A stretch of 64,000 nucleotides of DNA from the human T2T-CHM13v2.0 reference genome, Homo sapiens. Shown here piece after piece: positions 63,475 to 64,000 of this stretch (position 1 is its first letter; each line of letters begins with the position of its first letter). The position numbers and the translations under genes are program-made. The notes beneath the pieces are model-generated. The model had not been told where the DNA came from and made no database searches. It was given only the letters and a program-made list of their open reading frames with translations. Location of the stretch: assembly GCF_009914755.1 (NCBI RefSeq), contig NC_060938.1. One strand, given 5' to 3'.

Positions 63475-64000
63475 GAGCCCTGCATGATAGTCACTCTTGC
63501 CTGGTTTCAAATCTGGTTCTGAAACTTCCTTGCTGTGTGACTTTGGACAAATCAGATCATACAACTATCTGAATCACAACATTTTTGTAATAAGGGGATT
63601 TTAATATAGGAAATTGGTTGCACATATTTTGGAAGGGCTAAAGAAGAAAAAGAAGGAGGGGTGCTGTAGGAGAAAGGAGGAAGAAAGACTGACACCTAAA
63701 GATTAGAAGCTGCTAAAGCCCCTGCATTGAGCCCTTTAGCAGCACCTGCTACTGTGCTGCTGGAGAAACTATCTCAGTTGGTTCTGCATTCATCAAAAAG
63801 TTCCTGTGGTGACTAGGGTTGGAACCACAGAAAAGATGTTGACTTGGTCCAAGCGTCGGGACTTCAGAACGTCTCTACCTTTGTTGTCATAGCAACAAAC
63901 AACAACCGCCACATTATTAGTGTCAAAAGCAGGAAACTTCTCTCGGTTCACTTCTGATCTTCAAACAGGAACTTTAGATTCCCATTAGCATAATTGAAAA

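Overview
Primate (human-like) AT-rich genomic DNA with no recognisable functional protein-coding gene. The first ~31 kb is almost wall-to-wall nested LINE-1 of different ages (L1PA5/6, L1PA3, L1PA8, L1PB, L1MA2, older L1M), with Alus and solo LTRs. The rest contains a 5'-truncated L1PA4, solo ERVL/MaLR LTRs, DNA-transposon fossils, MIR/L2, a few kb of unique sequence, and a full-length processed KRT8 pseudogene (55629-57445). All the long ORFs in the track are L1 or KRT8 remnants, or antisense shadows of them. I do not see a new gene system. The notable signals are retrotransposition and repair footprints: (1) one L1PA5/6 insertion whose 5'UTR appears spliced from the canonical +97 donor and which also carries a ~260-nt 3' transduction inside a single TSD; (2) a ~200-bp tract in the L1PA4 that shares apparently non-consensus variants with that L1 39 kb away (possible gene conversion); (3) a solo LTR7-family (HERV-H) LTR with a 5x amplified RUNX/SOX-like motif; (4) an unidentified 632-bp TSD-flanked insertion; (5) a ~245-bp dispersed duplication at a TSD-less L1PB junction. 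Subfamily calls rest on recalled consensus diagnostics and need RepeatMasker/Dfam confirmation.
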